From a virus (taxonomy: Duplodnaviria; Caudoviricetes), in the IMG/VR virus record IMGVR_UViG_3300033068_001989, positions 96,001-160,000 of that record: 64,000 nucleotides of DNA; one strand, 5' to 3'. Under the pieces are notes generated by a model that saw nothing but the letters and a program-made list of their open reading frames with translations, made no database searches and had not been told where the DNA came from. The position numbers and the translations under genes were made by a program. Positions within the stretch are counted from its first letter, which is position 1. Every line of letters starts with the position of its first letter. Below are positions 18,681-27,655 of the stretch, piece by piece.

Positions 18681-20018
18681 TTAAAATTTAGTACTTAAAT
18701 CGTCAGCAGTATCCTTATCATTTCTTATCTCAATGAATCTAGGTAAAAATAAAGAACGGTTGCCATGCTTATCCTCTATTGTAACATTATATTGTACTGC
18801 AACTATTTTACCGATATGCTGATCTGGAGTTTCGCTTAATATCTTAAGATCGTTATCGGTAAAACCTGATCCAACCTTAACATTAAGTGTTCCTGATGAA
18901 TCAGTACATATAAAACCACCAATATACCCTTCTCTTTTTCCTTCCCCTGGATACCATCCACTAACAATTAAATCACAATCATTAACTTCCTTAAGTTTTA
19001 TCCAAGTCTTTGATCTTTTGCATTCATAGATGGAATTATTTTTACATATAACTCCCTCACCTCCATCAGAAACTATTTGCTTATAAATCTCTGCAACATC
19101 CGATGAATTATCTAATTCCCACATCCTTGCGAGTACAACCGGGCTATTATCAGGAAGAAATGATAATACTCTCTCTAGAGTTGATCTTCTTGTAAGATAA
19201 TCAAGAACACCAGAACCATGATTTAATGTCATAACTTCCTCAAAATCAAAAACATTAAAAAGCATATCATTATCTATATCCTTAGGAGCAGTCCCTCTTA
19301 GTATCTGGGTAACCTTCCCGCTAACAGATTTTCTATTGAGGTCAGTTAGTTCACCGTCAAAAAACCAATCACCAAGTATTCCTTGTCCACTATTGATCAT
19401 TGCAGTTTTTAGAGAAAATGATATACGAGAAAGACAGGTTGCATCTAATTCATTGAAAGCCCTAGTGAAGTATGTTATTTCGCCGGATTTGCATATTGCA
19501 ATAACCCTGACTCCATCATATTTTTCCTCACAATATATCTTTTTCCAATTTTCTATAACCTCGTGGTCGTCAGTAGCTAGCATAACAGAGGGATCAGGTA
19601 TAAGCTCATATCCTAGAGCTTTGTTTATAAGCTTAGCTCCAATTCCTATATTCATCCTTTTTGTTATGATTTTCATAAGAACCGATCTTAATTCCAAATC
19701 TTCCTCTGGGTTGTCGCTAATCTTAGTGGATATTAAATTGCAAGCTCTGCTTCTAAGATTATCATTGGCTGCAGAAGCATTTTTAAGCTCCTCTAATAGC
19801 AATCTAAAATCTTCCCATAGGTTAGGATTACTTTCTAATAAAACCTCATTATACGAGATCTTATGAAGTTTTGTTGTTACGAAAGGATTGAAGCAAACAT
19901 CAAGTATGTACTTAAGTTTATCATCAATATTGGATTTTATCAAATCCTGTTTGGATTTCTGCGAGCCGTTTCCGGTTAACAATTCAAGTTCTCTAAAGAG
20001 TCTTAATTTCTCTATCAT
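18681..20018 (-). CDS. gp30: ATP-dependent DNA ligase
   Basis: EEKYDGVR (motif I), DGEL, FNVFD, GEGVI, WIKLK, VGSGF, FLPRF; likely start MIEKL at 20018. Confidence 0.93.
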   Translation of the reverse strand: MIEKLRLFRELELLTGNGSQKSKQDLIKSNIDDKLKYILDVCFNPFVTTKLHKISYNEVLLESNPNLWEDFRLLLEELKNASAANDNLRSRACNLISTKISDNPEEDLELRSVLMKIITKRMNIGIGAKLINKALGYELIPDPSVMLATDDHEVIENWKKIYCEEKYDGVRVIAICKSGEITYFTRAFNELDATCLSRISFSLKTAMINSGQGILGDWFFDGELTDLNRKSVSGKVTQILRGTAPKDIDNDMLFNVFDFEEVMTLNHGSGVLDYLTRRSTLERVLSFLPDNSPVVLARMWELDNSSDVAEIYKQIVSDGGEGVICKNNSIYECKRSKTWIKLKEVNDCDLIVSGWYPGEGKREGYIGGFICTDSSGTLNVKVGSGFTDNDLKILSETPDQHIGKIVAVQYNVTIEDKHGNRSLFLPRFIEIRNDKDTADDLSTKF

Positions 20019-20040
20019 TCTTAATAATTTTAATTTTCTA

Positions 20041-20070
20041 CAAAAATAAATAAAATATACGATTAAAAAA
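20041..20070 (-). promoter_or_regulatory. Putative early/host-sigma promoter (TAnnTTTG)
   Basis: TTTTTTAATCGTA-N9-TATTTTTG, same spacing as the two other copies. Confidence 0.55.
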
Positions 20071-20078
20071 AATAAAGC

Positions 20079-20113
20079 CACAAAAAAAAAGGATATTTTA
20101 AAAATATCCTTTT
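20079..20113 (-). terminator. Intrinsic terminator after portal genes
   Basis: AAAAGGATATTT/AAATATCCTTTT stem, U-tract, GTG. Confidence 0.75.
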
Positions 20114-20116
20114 AGA

Positions 20117-21754
20117 TTATAAAGTTACCTGTGGTGTCTCCTCCGCCCCTTCCGCTGGAGGGGTTTCTTTAGATTCTTCTGGCGTAGTTTCTCCCTCAGG
20201 AGGAGCGGAAGCTGCTCCAGCTTTTTCTTCAGCCTTTTTATATTGTTCGTTAAGCTTTAATTGATCCGGTGACATACCAATGAATCTTTGTATAAGGAAG
20301 TCGTTATCGAAATATGGAACATCCTCCTCTCCTGCCTTAACCTTAAGGTCAGCAAGCGAAGTTACAAATTCACTTTTCTTTTTAAGATTTGTCATTTCAA
20401 CCTGATCTTCAAACTCAAGATCTCTATTAAAATCAAGTCCTATATTAGCTTTAAAGTTTCTATCCTTAGCCAATTCTGGATAATCCAGACACATCTGTAT
20501 ATAAAGAGGTTTTACTAATATCTCCTGGAATATGGATCTAAGTCTTCTTAGAAATTTTTCGAATCTTATTTCGTCTCTCTCCAATTGATCTATCGCTATC
20601 TGATAATTAGCAGGTGTTCCGTTCTTTGCAGCAAATCTTGCATATGGTATTTTCGAATCCATTTTTAACTTATTGAAGAAATAAAGAACGTTATCCATAA
20701 CGTTAAAATCAGGACCGGAAGGATTTAGTGAAGATATCTCAGGTGAAACTCCGTTTTGTTCAGGAAATAAATAATTTTTATAAAACTGAACTTTAGGTCT
20801 ACCGTTTACTGTAAGTTCGCCCGAAGAATCATTAATACTGATTTCCTCCTTGTAATTCGACATAAGCTGTCCTAAGGTTTGCATTGCTTTTTGGGGTGAC
20901 TGAGTACCAATAGGAATGATGAATTTCATTCTATAGCTAGCATTCATAACATTCCATATAACTCTAGAATTCTCCATGATTCTAAGTATATTGTATGATC
21001 TAACTAATCTTTCAACATAACTTGTCCTTGATATTGTATTTCCCTTAGCATAAGATATGTAAATTATCTGTTCATTGGTAAGTTTCCTAAACATCTGGGG
21101 ATTATTAGGATACTGAAGCCAAAATTGCTTATATTCATTTTCACCAACCTTCTCAACAACAGGTTCAAGAGATACTGCATCCAATTCTTTAAATCCTATT
21201 ATTTCCTTACCTTTGCTATCATATATTATTTCAAACGCTAGAAATCCATCTATAATAAACTGTCTAAAATATTGCCAACCCAAAACAGTATTTTGAAATT
21301 GAAATATGTTATACAATCTATTGAAATGTGAACTTATCTTTTCTTTTATATTATCTTTAAGATCTATATTAGAAAAAGATGGCTGAGCAAAATAATTTCT
21401 ATCATCATAAACTATTGCTTCGTCAGTAATGATATCCAATATGAATTCAATCTCACCATTTATTGAGAACTTTCTAAGATAATTTCTCTTCTCAATATAC
21501 GATTTATCAAAATATGCTATATATTTTCTTACTTTAGTATCATGATACGATGCAGTCCACTGAAAAGCACTATCCTTAGTATAACCAGTGCCCTCCTGAT
21601 TGAAAAAAGCTCCCTCAGTTCTACCGATGGCCTGAGAGTTTCTAACAATCATATCATCGTATTGCATACCAAATTTGGATATATTACCCAAATTCTTCAA
21701 TATGTTACCCAATGCCGCTTGATTGGGTTTTAAAAAGTCTAAAAATCCTGCCAT
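20117..21754 (-). CDS. gp20: Portal protein (T4 gp20-like), paralogue 2
   Basis: DEAIV, FRQFIIDG, SYVERL, NYLFP, KIPYARF, RDEIRFEKFLRRLRSIF motifs. Confidence 0.9.
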   Translation of the reverse strand: MAGFLDFLKPNQAALGNILKNLGNISKFGMQYDDMIVRNSQAIGRTEGAFFNQEGTGYTKDSAFQWTASYHDTKVRKYIAYFDKSYIEKRNYLRKFSINGEIEFILDIITDEAIVYDDRNYFAQPSFSNIDLKDNIKEKISSHFNRLYNIFQFQNTVLGWQYFRQFIIDGFLAFEIIYDSKGKEIIGFKELDAVSLEPVVEKVGENEYKQFWLQYPNNPQMFRKLTNEQIIYISYAKGNTISRTSYVERLVRSYNILRIMENSRVIWNVMNASYRMKFIIPIGTQSPQKAMQTLGQLMSNYKEEISINDSSGELTVNGRPKVQFYKNYLFPEQNGVSPEISSLNPSGPDFNVMDNVLYFFNKLKMDSKIPYARFAAKNGTPANYQIAIDQLERDEIRFEKFLRRLRSIFQEILVKPLYIQMCLDYPELAKDRNFKANIGLDFNRDLEFEDQVEMTNLKKKSEFVTSLADLKVKAGEEDVPYFDNDFLIQRFIGMSPDQLKLNEQYKKAEEKAGAASAPPEGETTPEESKETPPAEGAEETPQVTL

Positions 21755-21758
21755 GTTA

Positions 21759-23375
21759 TTATAGTGTTACTTGTGGTGCTTCTTCCCCGCCTTCTTCTTT
21801 CTTAGACTCTTTCCCTCCTGCTGCCTTTTCAGTTTTCGCTTTCTCCTTCGCCTTTCTTTCTTTGGCCTCTTTGTTAGCTATTATATCCTGTTTAGACATA
21901 CCTAAATACTCCTCTATAAGAAATGCATTGGAAAAAAATGGTTTACCGTCATCATTCATTAGACCACCAAGACTAGAGATTGTTTCCTTTCTCTGTACCA
22001 TCTTACCTATTTCCTGATTTTCTTTAAACGGATTGTCAGACCAGTAATTAAGTCCCAATTGACTTTTGAATAGAAAATCTTTTTCAAGATATGGATATTT
22101 ATTAACCATCTGTAGCCACATAGGTTTAACTAATATTTCCTGGAATACGGATCTAAGTCTAGATATAAATTTATAGAATCTTATTTCCTCTTTATCTAAT
22201 CCCTCTGCTCCATTTGAATATGGTGATGTGCTACCTCCGTCAGGATTATGAAACCTCGATGGTGGAACCTTAGATTCCAATATAAATTTATCAAAGAAAT
22301 ATGTTAATGGAGCAGGGTCATTCAAATTTGGTCCCTCTGTATTTATTGGCTCGATAGTCGGTGTTCCGTTAACACCAGAAGGCATAAGATAATTCTTATA
22401 GAACTGTATCTTTGGTCTACCGTCAACAGTAAGCTCGCCGCTTTCATCATTTAACTGTATGTCTTCCTTATATACGCTCATAAGTTCCCCCAATGTTTGC
22501 ATACCTTTTTGTTGAGATTTTGTACCTATAGGAACAGTCATTTTAAGTTTAAATGAAGCATTCATAACAGACCATATAACTCTAGTATATTCTATTATCC
22601 TCAATATATTATAAGGTCTTATAAGTCTCTCGATATAACTAACCCTTGATATTGAATTACCCTTGGCGTATGATATGTATATTATTTGGGGATCATATAG
22701 TACCCTTTTCTTCTTTGGGTCCTGAGGGTATTGTGTCCAAGTACTAACAAAGCTTCCATCCAATTGCTTCTCCACACTAGGAATAAGAGTTATCGGATCA
22801 AGTTCCTTAAAACCGACTATCTTCTTACCACTGTCATCATATACGATTTCAAATGCTAGAAATCCGTCTATAATAAACTGTCTAAAATATTGCCATGCTG
22901 TTATATCATCAGAAAATCCCCATATATCATACAGATTCTTATATACATCATATAGCTCATCCTTTACCTTCTCGTTTACGTCAGTAAGATCTATAAAATC
23001 CGGATATGCAAAAAAATTAGCGGGATCGTAAGTTATTGCTTCATCACATATTGTATCAAGAACCCATTCAACCTCAGGATTAAGAGAGAACATTCTTAAA
23101 AATTCTCGCTTACCTTTATAATCCTTATCGAAGTATCCTATGAATTGTCTGGATGTTACATCTTGCTTAGCAAGAGCCCATAGCATGCTTTCGTCCTCTA
23201 CGTTCGATTTATTCTTATTAAGAAAAGCTGCTTCGGTTACACCGACAGCCTGTGAATTTCTTATAACCATGTCATCATACTTCATACCAAAAGTACTAAG
23301 CTTTTTGACCGACTCACGTATTCTCTGTATTACCGGAGATTCCGATGGTTTATTATTATCTACAAAACCTGCCAT
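21759..23375 (-). CDS. gp20: Portal protein (T4 gp20-like), paralogue 1
   Basis: DEAIT, FRQFIIDG, SYIERL, NYLMP, KVPPSRF, EEIRFYKFISRLRSVF motifs. Confidence 0.9.
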   Translation of the reverse strand: MAGFVDNNKPSESPVIQRIRESVKKLSTFGMKYDDMVIRNSQAVGVTEAAFLNKNKSNVEDESMLWALAKQDVTSRQFIGYFDKDYKGKREFLRMFSLNPEVEWVLDTICDEAITYDPANFFAYPDFIDLTDVNEKVKDELYDVYKNLYDIWGFSDDITAWQYFRQFIIDGFLAFEIVYDDSGKKIVGFKELDPITLIPSVEKQLDGSFVSTWTQYPQDPKKKRVLYDPQIIYISYAKGNSISRVSYIERLIRPYNILRIIEYTRVIWSVMNASFKLKMTVPIGTKSQQKGMQTLGELMSVYKEDIQLNDESGELTVDGRPKIQFYKNYLMPSGVNGTPTIEPINTEGPNLNDPAPLTYFFDKFILESKVPPSRFHNPDGGSTSPYSNGAEGLDKEEIRFYKFISRLRSVFQEILVKPMWLQMVNKYPYLEKDFLFKSQLGLNYWSDNPFKENQEIGKMVQRKETISSLGGLMNDDGKPFFSNAFLIEEYLGMSKQDIIANKEAKERKAKEKAKTEKAAGGKESKKEEGGEEAPQVTL

Positions 23376-23396
23376 TTAATTTATTTTTTTGATATT

Positions 23397-23404
23397 TATA
23401 TATC
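23397..23404 (-). promoter_or_regulatory. Putative late promoter GATATATA (context GATATATAAATA also contains T4 TATAAATA)
   Basis: About 22 nt upstream of the portal start. Confidence 0.7.
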
Positions 23405-23414
23405 GAGATTAATG

Positions 23415-23900
23415 CTATCTACTCTTGAATAAAAAATTTTCGTCAATAACTCCAAATCTATATCCTCTCTTATCTGCCCATTCCTTAGCTGCTTTGAATT
23501 TTGCTTGGTTGGTTATCCATATTTGCATATTTCTGTTATATGACTTAAGCTTAGCTAAAGTCATAACACCTTCCATTATGGGTTTAATCGTTTGTTTTTC
23601 TGGTTTTATCTCTATTATCCATTCCTGTTCACTATTATCTTCCTTTAGGACCTTTATATAAAAATCAACATTATAGTTATGGTCTTTTTTATCAAGAGGA
23701 TTGTAATATGGTATAACAACCGGTTCAGAGCTCCATTTTAATATGGATTCATTTGTGTCACAGTATGTACAAAACCTATATTCCCAGGAAGATCTATAGA
23801 TAATATTATGTATATCACCTATATACTTATCAGGATTCTTAGGATCATATTTACCAGATTTATATTCACCATTAGGTTTTATCTTCTTGATATCTGGCAT
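23415..23900 (-). CDS. gp4: Head completion nuclease (T4 gp4-like, TnsA fold)
   Basis: GKYDPKNPDKYIGD, YRSSWE, WSSE, IPY, VDF, IEIKP, NQAKFKAA. Confidence 0.9.
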   Translation of the reverse strand: MPDIKKIKPNGEYKSGKYDPKNPDKYIGDIHNIIYRSSWEYRFCTYCDTNESILKWSSEPVVIPYYNPLDKKDHNYNVDFYIKVLKEDNSEQEWIIEIKPEKQTIKPIMEGVMTLAKLKSYNRNMQIWITNQAKFKAAKEWADKRGYRFGVIDENFLFKSR

Positions 23901-23903
23901 AGT

Positions 23904-24263
23904 CTAGATGTTATATGAATTATCATCACCAGTTATATAACTAAATGGGATCGTTACCGGATTTTTTGGTGGATGTAATTTCTTCCATCCTTTGGCAAAT
24001 CCATGCTTAGCTATCTGTGTAAAATAAGCAAATGGATTGTTAGATTTTTCCGGATTGAATCTATTCCAATATTTACATAAATCTTCCATAGCAAAAGCCA
24101 TGCAATCCTCTCTATCCTCAGGATCCTTGTATGACATTTTCTTAGATATACCTTCAATCATAAGATTGAACATATCTATAGTTGCTGGCGTTAATTTTCC
24201 AGCATTCTTCGATTCAATAACAGCTGCCATTAGCTCGCTATTCTTTACATAAACTTTTGCCAT
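23904..24263 (-). CDS. gp55: Late transcription sigma factor (T4 gp55-like), short form
   Basis: YVKNSEL, KYWNRFNPEKSNNPFAYFTQI motifs characteristic of gp55. Confidence 0.85.
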   Translation of the reverse strand: MAKVYVKNSELMAAVIESKNAGKLTPATIDMFNLMIEGISKKMSYKDPEDREDCMAFAMEDLCKYWNRFNPEKSNNPFAYFTQIAKHGFAKGWKKLHPPKNPVTIPFSYITGDDNSYNI

Positions 24264-24292
24264 TAATATTTTATTATATTTGGGTATTTAGT

Positions 24293-24321
24293 ATTTTAGT
24301 TATAAAATACTAAAAGATTTC
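24293..24321 (-). promoter_or_regulatory. Putative ECF/middle-type promoter GAAAT-N18-TAAAAT, overlapped by a 12-bp inverted repeat
   Basis: Recurring motif class; IR TTTAGTATTTTA-gtta-TAAAATACTAAA at 24287-24314. Confidence 0.55.
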
Positions 24322-24323
24322 AT

Positions 24324-24362
24324 CACAAAAAAAAGAATGCAGTAAAAAATACTACATTCTTC
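24324..24362 (-). terminator. Intrinsic terminator
   Basis: AAGAATGTAGTA/TACTGCATTCTT stem, U-tract, GTG; begins right after the stop of the -1 frame extension. Confidence 0.75.
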
Positions 24363-24366
24363 TTAA

Positions 24367-24528
24367 TTATTGTTTATCTTCACCGGAGTCATCGTTTTCT
24401 TCGTCGTTAAGATCCTCCGTTTTACCGGTAGGTGCCTTTGCGAATTTACCCTTCATGGATTGAATAAAAGATTTACCAGGTTTATTTTGATTTTCACCTT
24501 TAGGTGCGAAATAGAAGTTGCGACTTAG
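24367..24528 (-). CDS. -1 frame C-terminal extension (53 aa) of the 853-aa protein
   Basis: After the A9-C tract the -1 frame reads LSRNFYFAPKGENQNKPGKSFIQSMKGKFAKAPTGKTEDLNDEENDDSGEDKQ*, with the same xxxAP repeat as the upstream ORF. Confidence 0.6.
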   Translation of the reverse strand, partial: LSRNFYFAPKGENQNKPGKSFIQSMKGKFAKAPTGKTEDLNDEENDDSGEDKQ

Positions 24529-27086
24529 TTTTTTTTTACTTCCTCGGATTCATCAATATTGTATCCAGATTTATAAACTTTAGAATCCTTAGCATCGGAT
24601 GCATCGAATTTTAAAACCCCATTCTTGTCACCAGGAGCAGAACTAAGATTATTTTTCCCTAATTCCTTACCGTTTTGTTTATTACTATTACCAGGTGCTT
24701 CCGCTAGATTTTTCTTAGTGTTAGCATTTTTACCTTTATTCATTTCATCGTTACCAGGAGCATCAGAAAAATCAGGGTCGGTAGAACCGTTTGTTAATTT
24801 AGATTTACCTTTTTTATCTGGTGCATCAGCTAATGATTTATTTTTTACATTAACCTGTGGAGCTTTTTTATCGTTACCTGGAGCTTTAGAATAATTAGTT
24901 TTAGGTGTTGAATTCTTTAAATCTGCCTTACCCTCATTCATTGTTCTATTATATCCATGTAAAGAATCACCGTCCATGTCTATCTTTTCGTTATCGTTAC
25001 CTGGGGCTTTAGAAAATCCATGCATTCCAGCAAGTTTTTTTAACATTTTCTTTTGCTCGCTTTCAGGTAAATCCGACTTATTGAGGTTATTAGATTCTTT
25101 AACCTCACCAGAATCGTCATTGTTATCATCAGCAGCTTCAGCATTATCATCAGCAGCTTTATTTAGTGCTTCGTCAAGATCAGCAAGCTCGTTTATCTGA
25201 TGATCTGCAGTTTTTCCACTATCTAAAAGAATAGTGTATCTACCAGATGATCCATCAATAGATATTACTTTACCTGTTTCTCCTGATTCTTTAACTTTAA
25301 CAAAAGATCCTATATTAAATTTCTGATCCTCGAATAAATCAGAATTTGGTAATAATGTTATATTCTCTTCTACTTTCTGTATTTCGATATTTATCTGATT
25401 CCATTTAGTTTTAAGAGTTTGTAGTTCTTTCTCCAACATTGAATGAGCAACATTTATCTCCTTTGAATTCTTATATAAAGGATTAGATTCCATAAGTGTT
25501 TCAACCTTATTAATCTCACCTTCAATTTTAGAAATATTTTCAAGAATCTTATTTCTATCATTAATCATAACAGATTTAATTTTAGATTCTCCATCAAGAA
25601 ATTCTGTTAAACCTTCTGAAATATCATATCTCATAAAGTTCTTAACAAGTGATACTGCTTGAGATCCATTAACTTCATATAGCGAATTTTCTCTCATAGC
25701 CTCATTTATTTTCTGAAGATATATCTGTCCGTTCCATTTGAAAAGGTTAATAGCAAGGCCTTCATATACATTAGATGTTATAGATTTAGCAAAATCCAAT
25801 TCAACAACATTAGAATAGTTTGTATAAAGTGTCATAATATCACCTACAACCTCAGATTCATTAACACCAAAGTATGACGAAGATTCCAATCCTATTATTT
25901 TAGCTAATCCAATAGAATCACCAAATCTAAGTTTATCCTTACCTAGATAAACAGATACATTATCGTTCTCTTCAACTAATGTAACTATTTTTTTACCGAG
26001 CTTAATTGAAATACCAGATTCGTTTATTTTAACGTGAGATTTCATCGTCGTTAGTGCAAGTCTTAGGTAATTTTCAGAAAGATTAGAATATTCGGATTTT
26101 GGTAATTTTCTTAGTGTATCTGATGTTGCTTCAAATATACATCCACCAATGAAGAAGAATGTTCTTCCACCCTCGAAAAGTACAGGAGAATAAACTTTAG
26201 AAACAGTAGATTCACCCTGAGCATTAACAGGAATTTCTAATTTTCTGCTATCTGTGCTTTCCTGTATATTAAGAAAATTTATAAGATTTTTAATAACTGG
26301 ATTGAAGCTAAATTTAGAAATATTTCTTACCAATAATCCATTAGATTTATTTTCAGAAACCAACCAAGAATTAAGTGTTTCTGAAAGTTCAGAATAGAAA
26401 GAAGCGCTTCCGCTATTCTTAATAGATTCCAAGACATTAGCAACCTCAATTTCTCTAGAGAATGATTTTGCTTTCTCTTTCAGTTCCTCTGCAATAGGTG
26501 CTATTGAAGAATCCCAAGAGAATGAAGCAAGTTCATTAACAAAGTTATTTATAAGTGAAAATTCAGGAACATTTTTATTATCCAATAGATATTGATACTG
26601 CTCGCATACCATTTTTGCTTTAGGGTAAGTATAAATGGATGACTCCTTTATCTTCTCTATAGCATTTCTAATACCAAGATTTTTTACTCCTTGGGATTCG
26701 ATAAACGATTTTGCAGCGGGATCAGAAGTTTCAAGATTTGCTATACTCTCATATAAAGAATTCTCATTATCTTTATTTTCTTTTGGCTTATCTGAATAAG
26801 ATCCAGAATTGCTTGATGTAGATTTTCCTAAACCTCCCCAAGATTCCATAAGTGAAGCAGCAGCTTTTTTAGAGATCTCTGACTCTTCTCTTTTTATTAA
26901 ATCCATATGATTTTGTATATTATTTCCAGCATTATCTAAATCCAGGGATGCATTATGTTCATTAATTAAAACTGTCATGCTTTCTTTAGAAACTGAACCT
27001 CCATTAAGGAAGCTTTCACATAAAGCTTTTACCTCAGGTGATTTTGTTATTTCTTTTACTTTTTTAACTTGATCTATAAAGTCCAT
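24525..27086 (-). CDS. Large putative head/virion protein with SH3/KOW-like domain and C-terminal [FLY]xxAPG repeats
   Basis: 853 aa; late promoter motif upstream; many [ILMV]-x-E sites; FNIGSFVKVKESGETGKV; FSKAPG/YSKAPG/FSDAPG/LAEAPG/LSSAPG repeats. Confidence 0.55.
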   Translation of the reverse strand: MDFIDQVKKVKEITKSPEVKALCESFLNGGSVSKESMTVLINEHNASLDLDNAGNNIQNHMDLIKREESEISKKAAASLMESWGGLGKSTSSNSGSYSDKPKENKDNENSLYESIANLETSDPAAKSFIESQGVKNLGIRNAIEKIKESSIYTYPKAKMVCEQYQYLLDNKNVPEFSLINNFVNELASFSWDSSIAPIAEELKEKAKSFSREIEVANVLESIKNSGSASFYSELSETLNSWLVSENKSNGLLVRNISKFSFNPVIKNLINFLNIQESTDSRKLEIPVNAQGESTVSKVYSPVLFEGGRTFFFIGGCIFEATSDTLRKLPKSEYSNLSENYLRLALTTMKSHVKINESGISIKLGKKIVTLVEENDNVSVYLGKDKLRFGDSIGLAKIIGLESSSYFGVNESEVVGDIMTLYTNYSNVVELDFAKSITSNVYEGLAINLFKWNGQIYLQKINEAMRENSLYEVNGSQAVSLVKNFMRYDISEGLTEFLDGESKIKSVMINDRNKILENISKIEGEINKVETLMESNPLYKNSKEINVAHSMLEKELQTLKTKWNQINIEIQKVEENITLLPNSDLFEDQKFNIGSFVKVKESGETGKVISIDGSSGRYTILLDSGKTADHQINELADLDEALNKAADDNAEAADDNNDDSGEVKESNNLNKSDLPESEQKKMLKKLAGMHGFSKAPGNDNEKIDMDGDSLHGYNRTMNEGKADLKNSTPKTNYSKAPGNDKKAPQVNVKNKSLADAPDKKGKSKLTNGSTDPDFSDAPGNDEMNKGKNANTKKNLAEAPGNSNKQNGKELGKNNLSSAPGDKNGVLKFDASDAKDSKVYKSGYNIDESEEVKKN

Positions 27087-27108
27087 GGTTTACTTTTTTT
27101 TTATTGAT

Positions 27109-27116
27109 TATATATC
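27109..27116 (-). promoter_or_regulatory. Putative late promoter GATATATA
   Basis: About 23 nt upstream of the 853-aa ORF. Confidence 0.65.
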
Positions 27117-27168
27117 CATACAAGGACAAGAAACTTTTTACTATATATTTTATAAATGAAATATTTTA

Positions 27169-27654
27169 TTATCTACCTATTAATATCTCCAATTTTATCT
27201 GAAAATCACTATGAGGATTATTAAATATTATACCTCCATTGTTTAGATATTCATTAGGTTTTGATAAATTCCATCCATCATAGGAGGAATCTGTAGAATA
27301 TTGTTTAGCACCAGAGAGTACCATTAATTCACCCATGTTCATGGTTTGCCCCTTATATACCCAGGTTAGATACTTATTAGATTCAACCATATTATCAGGG
27401 AATTTTGCTTTTATTGCAATAAAGCTAACATATCCCATGGTATCTCCAACATCGCTCTGGCTTAACAAGAAAGATTCACCACCATTTAGGGAAACTCTGC
27501 TTTTCGAAAACGATTCAACACCTATAAGTAGGTCATTCATAGAAAGATATTTTGGTGGAGATGATCTTTTTCCGTCATCAAGTACAAGATTATCTCTATA
27601 AAATCTAAATCCCTCCGGCGTGTCATACGGACACTCTACTGGTCTTGTTGCCAT
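27169..27654 (-). CDS. Hypothetical beta-rich protein (paralogue of neighbour), probable virion protein
   Basis: Shares MGE/DxMxLxGA..GW..NGGxIFxNP..KL pattern with 27656..28345. Confidence 0.5.
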   Translation of the reverse strand: MATRPVECPYDTPEGFRFYRDNLVLDDGKRSSPPKYLSMNDLLIGVESFSKSRVSLNGGESFLLSQSDVGDTMGYVSFIAIKAKFPDNMVESNKYLTWVYKGQTMNMGELMVLSGAKQYSTDSSYDGWNLSKPNEYLNNGGIIFNNPHSDFQIKLEILIGR

Positions 27655-27655
27655 A

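Noticed and set aside
23415-23900. TnsA-like fold as a Tn7 transposon
   Set aside because: Motifs and context match the T4 gp4 head completion protein; no TnsB/C or transposon ends.
27130-27157. Plus-strand GAAAC...TATAAAT as an antisense ECF-type promoter
   Set aside because: Spacer is 16 nt rather than 17-18 and there is no plus-strand gene; cannot be supported without TSS data.
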